A DNA stretch of 64,000 nucleotides, taken from Candidatus Poribacteria bacterium (GTDB lineage Bacteria; Poribacteria; WGA-4E; UBA9662). Made by a program: the position numbers and the translations under genes. The DNA is taken from assembly GCA_046582655.1 (NCBI GenBank), contig JAYGDX010000016.1, positions 32,001 to 96,000 on the forward strand, written 5' to 3'. The first letter of the stretch is position 1, and every line of letters begins with the position of its first letter. The notes beneath the pieces were generated by a model, which was not told the origin of the DNA, ran no database searches, and worked only from the letters and a program-made list of their open reading frames with translations. Below are positions 20,363 to 30,366 of this stretch, piece by piece.

Positions 20363-21910
20363 TCATTGCCTCCCCTTGCTCTTTTTTTTATTTGCCTGAT
20401 GATAAACTTTGGGGTCGAAGTAGGTGTTGTTGGGGTAAAACGCGGGTAGTTCTGTACGATCTCCCTGGCTTGCAGCTTCCAGGTGCAACAATGCCAATGG
20501 CAGCGCCGAATCGATATTGGTTTGGCCACTTCTCTCGCCAGAAACCATCAAACCATTGACCTGATACCGACGTTGCAGGTGTCGACCCAGCGATGTGGCC
20601 GACTGCAACAACACTTTCTCCCCAATAGCCGTGTAAAGCTCCAGCAACCCAAATAGCGCGCAGGCATCATTTTGCCCGGCGTTCGCCCAGGCCTCAGTGC
20701 TTTGAGGCGAGGTGTGGGATTCAAAATCTACCGCAGATTGCAAATTCCCCCATCCCATACCTTCTGCCAGGTGAAAAGCCATCTGTCGAAAAAGCTCCAT
20801 ACCAGTAACTTTAAAAGCGCGCGCGTAGGACAAAAACATCAGCCCTTCCGCCGGCACCTTCCTCAATTTGGCAGGAGAACAATATCCAACCCCTTCGTTG
20901 GTATTTTCTGGGTAAAGCCGAGTGCCATCATTGATGGCCGGATAAAAACAATAATCGTCCCAATTATAACAATGCTCTACCAGTGCCTTCAGGTCAGCAG
21001 TCACCAGGTCACGGAACGGTTTGGCCTTTTTTTCGGCCAAGGCTTCGGCTGCATTCAGCCACGTTACGGCAGCACGGCCATAGCGGACTCGGATTACACC
21101 ATTAGTCACAACCGTTGCTTCATTGAGATCTTCGCGCTGGTCAAAGGGCGGCTTGAATGAGGCACGTACCCGACAGGGTTGACGATGATTAAACTGATAT
21201 CCGGCCAGCCCAGTCTCAGGATGCCGGATATCGTCGTATCGTGATAGCAAGTGCTGGGCCCAACGCAGCGGCGTCTCATCCCCGGCAAGCGCGTGCAGCA
21301 TTACCCCACTTAAAATCAGATCACTTCCTGTATTGACGAAGGAGAGTGCCGAATTCTCTACGATTGGTAGAGGACCGCCTGTAAATTTAGTTTGCCACTT
21401 TTCTTCCCACGATTCATAGTTCCCATGGCGGTTAAAAAGCAGGGAGGACCAGTCCCAAATATGTGTGTGCCAGAAAGCTTTTATGAATTGGCTGGTGCTG
21501 TCCGCATCCATTCGGTAGAGATAGGCATAATGTGGGTAGACACACTTCATTTCGTGATTGCCTAACACAGGCTTATCTGTTAATAAATCGTAACTGGTGT
21601 GTCCTCCCCAGTAAAACAGATCTGACGCTGAATCGCTCAACTTCTCCAACGCATATCCAATCCATCGATTCGCCTGTTGGTGATATCGATTCTCCCCGGT
21701 CAATGTTCCCAGTGCCTCCAGTGTCCGTAAGACATTCTGCTGACAGGCTAGGTTTGAGAGCAGATGCCCTTTCCAAACTAGCGGTGCTCCCGTTTCTAAA
21801 TCCAGCCCATCAGCTAGTAGTGGCCCCTTCTCATGTGAACAACTCCCAGCTACCCGATTGACATGTTCTTCGACTGCATCAATAAACTCCGATGCTGTAT
21901 TCCTGGTCAT
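20363..21910 (-). CDS. Polysaccharide lyase family 2 (PelW/PelY-like) homolog
   Basis: SNLACQQNVLRTL, YWGGH, NHEMK, FNRHG, ETGLAGYQF motifs typical of PL2; start placed at ATG 21910. Confidence 0.75.
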   Translation of the reverse strand: MTRNTASEFIDAVEEHVNRVAGSCSHEKGPLLADGLDLETGAPLVWKGHLLSNLACQQNVLRTLEALGTLTGENRYHQQANRWIGYALEKLSDSASDLFYWGGHTSYDLLTDKPVLGNHEMKCVYPHYAYLYRMDADSTSQFIKAFWHTHIWDWSSLLFNRHGNYESWEEKWQTKFTGGPLPIVENSALSFVNTGSDLILSGVMLHALAGDETPLRWAQHLLSRYDDIRHPETGLAGYQFNHRQPCRVRASFKPPFDQREDLNEATVVTNGVIRVRYGRAAVTWLNAAEALAEKKAKPFRDLVTADLKALVEHCYNWDDYCFYPAINDGTRLYPENTNEGVGYCSPAKLRKVPAEGLMFLSYARAFKVTGMELFRQMAFHLAEGMGWGNLQSAVDFESHTSPQSTEAWANAGQNDACALFGLLELYTAIGEKVLLQSATSLGRHLQRRYQVNGLMVSGERSGQTNIDSALPLALLHLEAASQGDRTELPAFYPNNTYFDPKVYHQANKKKSKGRQ

Positions 21911-22124
21911 GGTCAATTCCCTATTTGTTCCATACTGATTTTTTCCTAATCGACTGCCAATCTTGTTAGCAACGCGACCTCCTTCCAATCAACTGAAAAA
22001 ATCGACGCGCATTAACAGCGGAGATGGTGTGTTGGCTAAGCCTTTGTGAATAGGGCACATTTTAATTTGCCAGTAGCGAAGAGGGCTACTCTTATCTCTT
22101 ATTCATTCAGCGATAGTCTCTCTG

Positions 22125-23516
22125 CTAAATAAACCAGTAAGAATATAAACTAGATTGTTTCAACCGAAACCCAAGTCTGACTTCTTTTCCTATTAGTTCT
22201 TCTATCGAACGATCGAAGGTGACATTCAGATCTAAATGATCACCTGTCACCTGGGGAGAGGTATAGCCGTCTATCCGGTGCCCCTGATCATCAGTCACCA
22301 TGATGATTAGATAACCGCGACTTGCATCTACGTTGATATGAAGTTGTTGACTGTCGATCGTCAGTGGTTTGGTTAACAGATATCCCTCTTCCTTGTCTGC
22401 ATCCAGGGAGACAAAACCGTCACGCCGGAGTGTTGCCAGCCCTAACATCGGTTTGTGAACTCGCTCAACTTGCTTGAACTTTTGGCCGGTATGCGGACTA
22501 TTGACCCCACCATAATAGAGAAGAATTTGGTCGCCAACGGCAATGAAATTTTGGCTAATCCGAACCATCCCATCTTCCCAACTACCGGGCTTCCCTAGGG
22601 AGAGGAACGTCTGTCGATCCAGAACACGTTGCCAGTGGATACCATCTCGACTGGTGGTCAGCGAAGTATCGATTGTGCCGTCAACTCCTTCTCGATAGAT
22701 CCAAGCCATGCCCAGATATAGGCCTTCGTAGAGATTAATCGGCATGCCATAAAACTGTGTTCCGGCTTCATCAATTTCGTCACACTCAAACACCAATTTT
22801 GGCTGACTGAAGTGAACACAGTCGTCACTTTCGGCCCTCGCAACTTTTCGTCCTCCAGCTCCGAATCGACCAAAGACAACATATTTCTGAATCTGCGGAT
22901 CCCAAACCAGCGACTGGGTGGTGTCACTGCCTAGCTCGATGACCGGATTGTGTTCGTAATTGGTCCAGCGAACTCCATCTGGTGAAAAGGAGATCCACAT
23001 GCCATCGCCTTCACCCTCTCCCCACAAGGTTCGTCCATCCAGTTGAATGAATTCGTCGATGCCGCCATGCTCCCAATAAAATCCTTTATAACGCTGATCA
23101 GGATTTGGATCTTGCGGATCGTACAGAACCGCCATGCCTTCACAATTTGTGCGGCCGATATCGATTAGATTGTTTTGCTTGGAATCCTCAACATCGAGTT
23201 GATCCAGAATCGGCTTGTCCCAATGCACCCCATCGGTGGAAGTGGCATAGGCTAGCAGTGTGATATTTCCCAGCGCCTGTCGTTGCCGAACCTGGATCAT
23301 TCCATCGACGTAAGGACCTGTCAGGTACCACATTTTGAACAGGTTTTCCTCTGGATCGTAGATAACGGTACCGTATAGGGATGCCACCGTTTCCCAAGGA
23401 TTCTCACCTTTGAGGATGGGATTTTTGGGGTGACGTTGTGGCTGATGTATCCGACGATAGAGTCGATCCATCCGAGTAATATGATCTAAGTTTAGAAACA
23501 GGCAACGGTGTTGCAT
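22125..23516 (-). CDS. Five-bladed beta-propeller glycosidase-like hypothetical protein
   Basis: FKMWY, YATSTDGVHWDKP, SPDGVRW, SRDGIHW, YYGG, LATLRRDGFVSL; AAGGAG before ATG 23516. Confidence 0.7.
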   Translation of the reverse strand: MQHRCLFLNLDHITRMDRLYRRIHQPQRHPKNPILKGENPWETVASLYGTVIYDPEENLFKMWYLTGPYVDGMIQVRQRQALGNITLLAYATSTDGVHWDKPILDQLDVEDSKQNNLIDIGRTNCEGMAVLYDPQDPNPDQRYKGFYWEHGGIDEFIQLDGRTLWGEGEGDGMWISFSPDGVRWTNYEHNPVIELGSDTTQSLVWDPQIQKYVVFGRFGAGGRKVARAESDDCVHFSQPKLVFECDEIDEAGTQFYGMPINLYEGLYLGMAWIYREGVDGTIDTSLTTSRDGIHWQRVLDRQTFLSLGKPGSWEDGMVRISQNFIAVGDQILLYYGGVNSPHTGQKFKQVERVHKPMLGLATLRRDGFVSLDADKEEGYLLTKPLTIDSQQLHINVDASRGYLIIMVTDDQGHRIDGYTSPQVTGDHLDLNVTFDRSIEELIGKEVRLGFRLKQSSLYSYWFI

Positions 23517-23526
23517 ACAAGACTCC

Positions 23527-24777
23527 TTAGCATTCATTGACTGCGTTCAGTGTGAATCGAATTTGGTCAAATCGCTTGACTAAATCGATTACCCGTTGCT
23601 TGATGGTATCAAGATTTCCCCTCAGTGCATCAACGATGCAATCGGCAATGGCAGAAGCGTCCGTCTCGACCATACCTTGTCGGGTTATCTCTTGGACGCC
23701 AATCCGTAGACCGTGCGTTCCCAATTCCTCGGACAATCGAACAGCACCAGTGATGATATTACATTCTTCCAGTTGATCAGCTAATGTTTTAGCTTGGCCA
23801 AATTGACTGACCACCAGTATCAAGGTGTGGGATTCAGTGAAGCCAAGTGTCGAGCCAACCAGCGGAACGCCCCGATTTTCAAGTGCTTGTCCTAACGACT
23901 TAGCATTAGCCACGATGGCCGCGGCATGCTCAGATCCATACTCGGCCCATTCCATAAACGTTGCTGCTAAGGCCGGCAACCGGCCCAAGTGATGATTACT
24001 AACCAGTAACGGTGCTATGGCGGGGCCAATTCGTTCAGCGATAGATTTGTCATTGGTCAGAACCATACCACCTTGAGGACCAGCCAGCGTCTTGTGAGTC
24101 GAAGAAATGATCACGTCCGCGCCTTCCTCCAGCGGAGATTGAAACTGGCCACCGGCGATCAAGCCAATCACATGTGCGGCATCATAAACCAAGTACGAAT
24201 CTGGATTGACTTCCCGCATGGCCTGTTTCAGAGAAAAAACCGGTTGTTGAAAGAGGAAGATACCCGAGCCGATATTAACCATGCGGGGTCGATGTTCTTT
24301 AATCAATTCGATCGTCGCTTGCAGATCGATATTGGACCTTACGGAATCCCATGGAATCGAAACCGACTTCAAATCCACTTTCAAGCCAGAGGAGGCTAGC
24401 TTATTCGCGTATCGGTGACCATTGTCAACTTCCAAGACAGTATCGCCTGGACGGCATAAGGCGAGAGTCGTGGCTATGCCGGCGATATTTCCTGACAATG
24501 GACGTAAATCGACGAAGTTGGCTCCAAACAAATCCTTTGCCAGTTGGTGGGCATAGGATTCAATTTCGGCGATAAATTTATTGCCTTGGTAAAATCGTTC
24601 ACTCAGATCGATACCAAGGTAGTTGCCATAGCGCTGATCCAGTTCCTCAACCAGGTAGCTTTCCACAAGTGGAGAGGGAACGTTTTCAGAGGCGATCAGG
24701 TTCAGGCAGTTCTGACGGAAAGATCGATGCGCCTCCAATAGAGCTGAGAGGTGTCGATGTTTGTCTCCTATTTTCAT
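23527..24777 (-). CDS. Divergent serine hydroxymethyltransferase-family PLP enzyme
   Basis: NLIASEN, YDAAHVIGLIAGG, STHKTLAGPQGG (PLP Lys), FTESH, GLRIGVQEITR. Confidence 0.8.
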   Translation of the reverse strand: MKIGDKHRHLSALLEAHRSFRQNCLNLIASENVPSPLVESYLVEELDQRYGNYLGIDLSERFYQGNKFIAEIESYAHQLAKDLFGANFVDLRPLSGNIAGIATTLALCRPGDTVLEVDNGHRYANKLASSGLKVDLKSVSIPWDSVRSNIDLQATIELIKEHRPRMVNIGSGIFLFQQPVFSLKQAMREVNPDSYLVYDAAHVIGLIAGGQFQSPLEEGADVIISSTHKTLAGPQGGMVLTNDKSIAERIGPAIAPLLVSNHHLGRLPALAATFMEWAEYGSEHAAAIVANAKSLGQALENRGVPLVGSTLGFTESHTLILVVSQFGQAKTLADQLEECNIITGAVRLSEELGTHGLRIGVQEITRQGMVETDASAIADCIVDALRGNLDTIKQRVIDLVKRFDQIRFTLNAVNEC

Positions 24778-24836
24778 AGTTAGAAAATCCCATTTAGCGT
24801 TGTGTCATGTAGATGTGAGATAATTTGTCTGCCCGA

Positions 24837-25973
24837 TTATATCGCCAAGAATTCGGCACTATCTCCGTCAGCGTTAATGTTAATGCGAAGACGGATCAGA
24901 TAAACCCGATTCGGTGCTCTCCCGCTCTCACAATAAGGAATCAGCAGGCTTCCATCCTCCATTAACCGCCCACCAGGATAACCGTAGCAAGATGAATCTA
25001 AAGAAATCGGAGTCCAGTTTAGTGCCCGTTCAGCCCCCCCACGGCTCAAGAAAAGGTGGAGGCTGCCCTGGTAAGTGGCGATGCATGCCAAGGTCTGGTC
25101 CGGAAGCACAATTAAACGTGGCGCTTTTAGGACACCGCTTTCGGCAATTCGTCCCGATTCGTTCCAGCTAATCCCATCGTCATCCGACAGGAAAATACCT
25201 CCATCTGGGCGCGAAACCATCACCAGTAACCCATCCTCAAAACGTGTAATCGCCGGCTCGTCAACATCTTGACCCCGCCTATGAATGGTCGAGATCGTTC
25301 GCCAGGTTAGACCCGAATCATCGGACCGATGCACGGCTCCAAACAGTTGTTTTTTTTCCTGATCGGCGCAGTAAGTCGGCCAAAGAATACCGCCATCGGG
25401 TAGTTGAATCGCTTGGGCATGACTCCGTTGGTAAAAAGCACCGGGGCTATCAAACCAAAGAGGTTGGCTCCAGTTTTCTCCACCATCAAGCGAGCGAATC
25501 ACGCACTGCCGGGTGTTTAATCCTGCCAGGTCGTTTTTGAACATATCAGGTGCCTGGCTGAAGCCATACCAGGAGGCTTGTACATTAATAAAGCAGAGAA
25601 TCGTTTTGTCTGGACAAACAAATAGAGTTACCGGAGAATCGTCTAAGGGTAAATCGGTGATGGGTTTCGGTTGACTCCACGTTTTCCCTTCATCCTTGGA
25701 TCGGGTCATCATCGACCGTCCCCCGGTAGGAGCATCATGATCGAGCGGCCAACCTTCTGCTTCCCACTTTTTTCGCGTTTCTTGATGAAATAATCTGGGC
25801 GTAGCAAAGGAGACGTGCCAGTAGCCAGCGGAGTGAACCAGCAGCAAATCTCCGTTAGGAGCACGTTCAATTCCCCTCGCCCAACCAATAAAGTCACCCA
25901 GGCCGGGAAAATTGGCTGGTCGATTATGATCAAAACCGGTAACGCATAAGCGTGCTTGCTCTACTGTTAACAT
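24837..25973 (-). CDS. BNR/Asp-box (sialidase-like) beta-propeller protein
   Basis: Asp boxes SKDEGKTW, SLDGGENW, SDDSGLTW, SDDDGISW. Confidence 0.8.
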   Translation of the reverse strand: MLTVEQARLCVTGFDHNRPANFPGLGDFIGWARGIERAPNGDLLLVHSAGYWHVSFATPRLFHQETRKKWEAEGWPLDHDAPTGGRSMMTRSKDEGKTWSQPKPITDLPLDDSPVTLFVCPDKTILCFINVQASWYGFSQAPDMFKNDLAGLNTRQCVIRSLDGGENWSQPLWFDSPGAFYQRSHAQAIQLPDGGILWPTYCADQEKKQLFGAVHRSDDSGLTWRTISTIHRRGQDVDEPAITRFEDGLLVMVSRPDGGIFLSDDDGISWNESGRIAESGVLKAPRLIVLPDQTLACIATYQGSLHLFLSRGGAERALNWTPISLDSSCYGYPGGRLMEDGSLLIPYCESGRAPNRVYLIRLRININADGDSAEFLAI

Positions 25974-26012
25974 TTTTAAATCCTCTTGATCGTGTCCAAT
26001 AAACGAAAGGCT

Positions 26013-26945
26013 TCAAGGTTTAAAAGGCTGACCTGTTCGACGCAGTTCTTTGGTTACCGCAATTTGACAGGTCACATAACCTCCTGATGAAGATCCTCGG
26101 CTATTTAGCATCCCAGCGGCGTATCCGGGTCGAGCATCGCCAATCGTGCCGACAATCAGGTTGGCGTATTCGACAGTGGTATCGTAATGGTCTGCGATCA
26201 GTCCAACCATTTCACTCCAGGCGATTTTCAGTGCCTCTTCCCAGTTAGCCCCTCTGCCGCTGGTTAGACGTTCTGCCGTACTTTCCACCACCTGGCTTTT
26301 TTCCACTACTGGACTGCTGGTTGGGAAACCTGGGGATCGATCAACCTTGAGGGTGACCGTCGAATCGATCTCAACACCAGTGCCCGTCAATTCACCATCT
26401 CCCATTCGGGCATGGACATCGCCCAAAGAAAGATAGCCACCCGGTTTCTGCGCCCTGATGTGAACGGTGCTATTGGGCTGAATTGAGTTGAAGTCCATAT
26501 TGCCACCGTGATCGATCTGGTGCGGAGCTACCGATTCTAATTCAACCACTCCTATCATTGGTCTTATAGGCACGATAAAATCGGGAGGGAAATGAATTAG
26601 CCCATCCCGCACAGCTGCCGCAAGTCGGACGCTCCCCCAGTGCGGTCCACCATTACGGTAAAAGCCGTAAGGACCAACTTCCATGTTGATGATCTCAATG
26701 GAGACCCAATCTCCGGGTTCGATTCCTTCGATCAAAAACGGGCCACCAGGACGAGAATACCGTCGATGGGTGGTTACATCCAGTACCTTGCCCGGTATAG
26801 TATCGCCTGCCGCCTCATAGTCGTGGTCATGGCCTCCTACCGTTTCGATCACCACCGTTTCACCAGGTTTCAGGGTTCCCCGCACCTGACCTTGCTCCGG
26901 ATCATCTGGCCCGGTATAGTACGGTGTACGTGTGAAATGTCTCAT
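26013..26945 (-). CDS. Acetamidase/formamidase family protein
   Basis: GPFLIEGIEPGD, PMIG, HGGNMD, GDVHARMGDGE. Confidence 0.85.
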   Translation of the reverse strand: MRHFTRTPYYTGPDDPEQGQVRGTLKPGETVVIETVGGHDHDYEAAGDTIPGKVLDVTTHRRYSRPGGPFLIEGIEPGDWVSIEIINMEVGPYGFYRNGGPHWGSVRLAAAVRDGLIHFPPDFIVPIRPMIGVVELESVAPHQIDHGGNMDFNSIQPNSTVHIRAQKPGGYLSLGDVHARMGDGELTGTGVEIDSTVTLKVDRSPGFPTSSPVVEKSQVVESTAERLTSGRGANWEEALKIAWSEMVGLIADHYDTTVEYANLIVGTIGDARPGYAAGMLNSRGSSSGGYVTCQIAVTKELRRTGQPFKP

Positions 26946-27039
26946 TGATTTTCAACCTCGCTGATGGATACGTCTCTCTAAGTTGCTGCTACACTCTTCC
27001 TTATAGGTTAGGTTTCAAAATCACTTGTCTGATCTCTAA

Positions 27040-28281
27040 TTAATTTGCACGGAAGGTCCCTTCTTTTTGCACCCGCTGGTAAACTTGATCAAATTCCTGA
27101 GTACCATCATCTAGCCACAGTTTGGATTTGATCCCACGAATAGTCCCTTCTTCTCGGCCAGTTAACTGGGTTGGCGAAATGTAACTGCGTCCGTAGAAAG
27201 TATGTCCACCCGGCATGTGCAGAATCCCAACATGTTTGGGTATCTCTATTGGTTGGTTGGCCGCTAGGCGCGCTAAAGCACCTTCGTCGACGTCAACTCC
27301 CAGTCCCGGCCCTTGTGGTATTGCAGAACTTCCTGCAATCACCGGAATTAGGGTCGCGACATCTTCGTTCTCTGCGTACTGATCGTCTAAGTTGATAGTA
27401 TGGGCTGTATGCGTTGGTAGGACGGCAGCCATATGCAGCGCAAAAGCTTTGGTCAAGGTTCCGCCTGTTAACTGAATTAGTGTTTGGATGTTGCCTTTAC
27501 CAAAGGCAAAACCAGTTGTCAATGTATTACCCACACCGCTTTCCAGCATATAGATGTCGGCTATTCCCTGGAGTAGTTCTTGAACCCCTCCCAATGGTGT
27601 CCCGTGCATAATAATAGGAAGGCCAACTTGGTTGCGTAGTCTGTGCCAACCGTCAATGTCGTTTTTGACCAAAGGATCTTCGATGTAGCCGACAATTGGA
27701 TGATCTTTTTCCAGTTGCTTAATTAGTGGTAATGCTGAGGCTAAACTCCGATTGCTATTTAGATCGTAATGAATCTGAAATCCTTCGGGAGCGACTTCTT
27801 CGGCCAAACGCGTTTGTTCAATAACATCGTGATATGTACAGGTGTGCATTTTAAAAATGGTGTAACCTTCATCTACTGCCCGAAGGATTTCTCCTCGGAA
27901 ATCTTCCGGTGAAGCCGGTCGGGTCCAGGCGGCTACCGGGATCTGATCACGTACCTTTTGCCCCATCAGTTTGTAAGCAGGAATTTCCAGGTATTTTCCC
28001 ATCAGATCATAAAGTGCACCACTCAAACCAGAAGCTAAGTTCTGGTTAATGTAGTCGAATGGATTATGACCAACCAGCGGATCTACACTGGATTGGGCCG
28101 GTTGACCACCCGGACGCACACGTTGGTCACCGTAACCGACCAATCCATTATCCGCTTCAACTCTAAAGATGGTGCGATGATCAATACCATATAGATCAAC
28201 CTGACGATGTTGATATCGTTCAGCTAACTTGGGATAGATTGGGATAACCCTGATGTCTTTGATTCGCATTGGAAACTCCAT
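27040..28281 (-). CDS. Mandelate racemase/muconate lactonizing (enolase superfamily) enzyme
   Basis: ADNGLVGYG, ALYDLMGK...PAYKLMG, FKMH, YDLN, IEDP. Confidence 0.8.
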   Translation of the reverse strand: MEFPMRIKDIRVIPIYPKLAERYQHRQVDLYGIDHRTIFRVEADNGLVGYGDQRVRPGGQPAQSSVDPLVGHNPFDYINQNLASGLSGALYDLMGKYLEIPAYKLMGQKVRDQIPVAAWTRPASPEDFRGEILRAVDEGYTIFKMHTCTYHDVIEQTRLAEEVAPEGFQIHYDLNSNRSLASALPLIKQLEKDHPIVGYIEDPLVKNDIDGWHRLRNQVGLPIIMHGTPLGGVQELLQGIADIYMLESGVGNTLTTGFAFGKGNIQTLIQLTGGTLTKAFALHMAAVLPTHTAHTINLDDQYAENEDVATLIPVIAGSSAIPQGPGLGVDVDEGALARLAANQPIEIPKHVGILHMPGGHTFYGRSYISPTQLTGREEGTIRGIKSKLWLDDGTQEFDQVYQRVQKEGTFRAN

Positions 28282-28317
28282 GGTTTAATCGGATTGAGTT
28301 GGGTTTCCCGTGACGTT

Positions 28318-30120
28318 CTATCGAAACGGGATAGTCTGATCGTGCCAGGGAAAGGCGTAACTGGGCTGGTTACAGAAACGGTCAATCCCTATGTGTAAAT
28401 TTATCTCTGTTCCGGGCAGAAGATGGACTTGAAAATGGCTGTCATTTACTGATGTTAGATTCCCTGTTTCAATATCTTTAACCTGTGTGAACTGATGTTG
28501 CCGAAAACTGCCAGCGCTGATGATGACTTCGCGCACCGCGTGCGCACTCAGGTTAACCAGTGTCAGGTCGATACTTTCTACATCCAGTTCAGTCACCAGC
28601 GCGGCTACATCTTCTGGTAGACCAGGACGTTGCTGCTGCGGATCAAAATGACGTACCTGTCCTTGAGTCATCCCACCCCAGTAGATGGTTTGGGGGGCAC
28701 CTGTCGTCAAATGTTCCAGAGCCTCAGTAAGCACCGGATTTCGTTGTTGCCAATGATGTTCATCGATTTGAGTTAGATCAGCTTCATCGTTCCGGATCAT
28801 GTCAACCCGATCACATACCTGGCGGTAATTTGCTTCTAAAATCTGTTGGGGGTAGTTCGGACATGCACCAGCCAGGAATTGTGTCCATGCCCGATCATCT
28901 AACGACCGTGGTCCTCGTGAAGTCACTTGTTGCCATTCGTTCTGGTTTCCCTTTCTCAGCTTTTCCAGACGATTCCAGTCGTGATCAGCCTGTGGAACTG
29001 CCCAGAGATGGATTGGTGGTTGCGGAATCATCGGACGATGATCGCACCAACCATCATCAGTATATTTATGCGGAGGCAGAATTTCCCCCTCTTGTTCAAT
29101 AGCCTGATCGAGAACCAGGTCTAATTGAGATCGAAGCAGGTGTAGGTAACTTGCATCACCCGTAATGAGATAAGCGCATTCCGAGGCCACTGTCATGGCA
29201 CTGAACATCATTTGGTGGGAGAATGTTCCGGTCCAACCGTAGAAACCTCCCCACCATTGTCCTTGGCGATTTTCACCTATTTTTCCGTTTAGGCCGATAT
29301 TGTCTGGAATAATGCCGTTGTTCTGTTCCACACGTTCCAGCCAAGCTTGGACGTAATCTACTACCCAATCTCTGTATTGATCCGCTTGCGTGTACAGGTA
29401 TGCGTTAGCAATTAAAGCCACGGCACCCAAATTGACCGGGACATCTCCTTGCATTACCACCTGATTAAATTGAGAATGAATCTTTTGCCGCAGACCTTCA
29501 TCGTTATACCACCCTGAAGGGGGAGCCTCAAAATCCGGACCTAGCGTGGCATGACCGTGCTCAATGTTATATTGCACATCGGCATAACGGGCATGGAACA
29601 GCGGTCCTTTACTACCACTAAACGGCGATCGGATAATCCGGTGTTTAGAATCGTAGTTGGGGATGCTCGGATTCTGATTCATGTAGAATCCAGCAAAACG
29701 GCATGCCCGACGCATCATTTCAGCGTTGGTAGGATCTGCTAATCCTAAAGCATAAAAATAGATGTAGTTTTCGCTATTGTGCAACCAGTCATCGTTATTA
29801 ATGAATTCTTTGTAGGCACGGCCGTAGTCATGGGTAATTTGACGCGTAATGGCATTCCATTGGTGGAAGGCCATCTGTCCTGTATAATCGCTCCCACCCA
29901 ACGCATAGTAGAGCGGCCAATTAAAAAACGATTCATACAGATCGTCCGCCCATACCCCATCTCCCGGATAGTCTTCCCTCCAGATGAGCGTTCCGCCAGG
30001 ACGGGTATATTTCTGGATAAAGATCGGTGCGGCTTGATCAATAGCCTGGATCAGTTGGCGTTGCAAAACAGCCCATGCAGGTGGCTGGCTACGCTGGCTA
30101 CTTTGGATGTTTGTCCACAC
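28318..30120 (-). CDS. Conserved hypothetical protein (600 aa, Trp-rich, possibly alpha-toroid lyase/hydrolase)
   Basis: Long ORF heading the cluster; DDLYESFFNWPL, GIIPDNIG...GQWWGGFYGW; GTG start. Confidence 0.75.
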   Translation of the reverse strand: MWTNIQSSQRSQPPAWAVLQRQLIQAIDQAAPIFIQKYTRPGGTLIWREDYPGDGVWADDLYESFFNWPLYYALGGSDYTGQMAFHQWNAITRQITHDYGRAYKEFINNDDWLHNSENYIYFYALGLADPTNAEMMRRACRFAGFYMNQNPSIPNYDSKHRIIRSPFSGSKGPLFHARYADVQYNIEHGHATLGPDFEAPPSGWYNDEGLRQKIHSQFNQVVMQGDVPVNLGAVALIANAYLYTQADQYRDWVVDYVQAWLERVEQNNGIIPDNIGLNGKIGENRQGQWWGGFYGWTGTFSHQMMFSAMTVASECAYLITGDASYLHLLRSQLDLVLDQAIEQEGEILPPHKYTDDGWCDHRPMIPQPPIHLWAVPQADHDWNRLEKLRKGNQNEWQQVTSRGPRSLDDRAWTQFLAGACPNYPQQILEANYRQVCDRVDMIRNDEADLTQIDEHHWQQRNPVLTEALEHLTTGAPQTIYWGGMTQGQVRHFDPQQQRPGLPEDVAALVTELDVESIDLTLVNLSAHAVREVIISAGSFRQHQFTQVKDIETGNLTSVNDSHFQVHLLPGTEINLHIGIDRFCNQPSYAFPWHDQTIPFR

Positions 30121-30292
30121 TTTATTAAGATCCCGCTGCGAAAATTAGACCTGGCAAATTATGACAGCATCTTAAAACTAATTGTGTGCTTTGTTAATGG
30201 TGTGTAATCGATTGACAGGGTGTACATAATCAGTATGCGCCTACCAAACAACTTCGAGTTCAATCGGATCTTGATCCTGACGCCATTTAGTA

Positions 30293-30321
30293 TTAATAAC
30301 AGGTTAACTTAATACTGTCAA
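30293..30321 (-). promoter_or_regulatory. Putative sigma70 promoter for the 18-30 kb cluster
   Basis: Minus strand TTGACA-17 bp-TATTAA, about 170 bp upstream of the first gene. Confidence 0.35.
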
Positions 30322-30366
30322 TCCTGTTTTGTGGATCTAGTACAGAAAATAGTTCGCCTGACTTGG

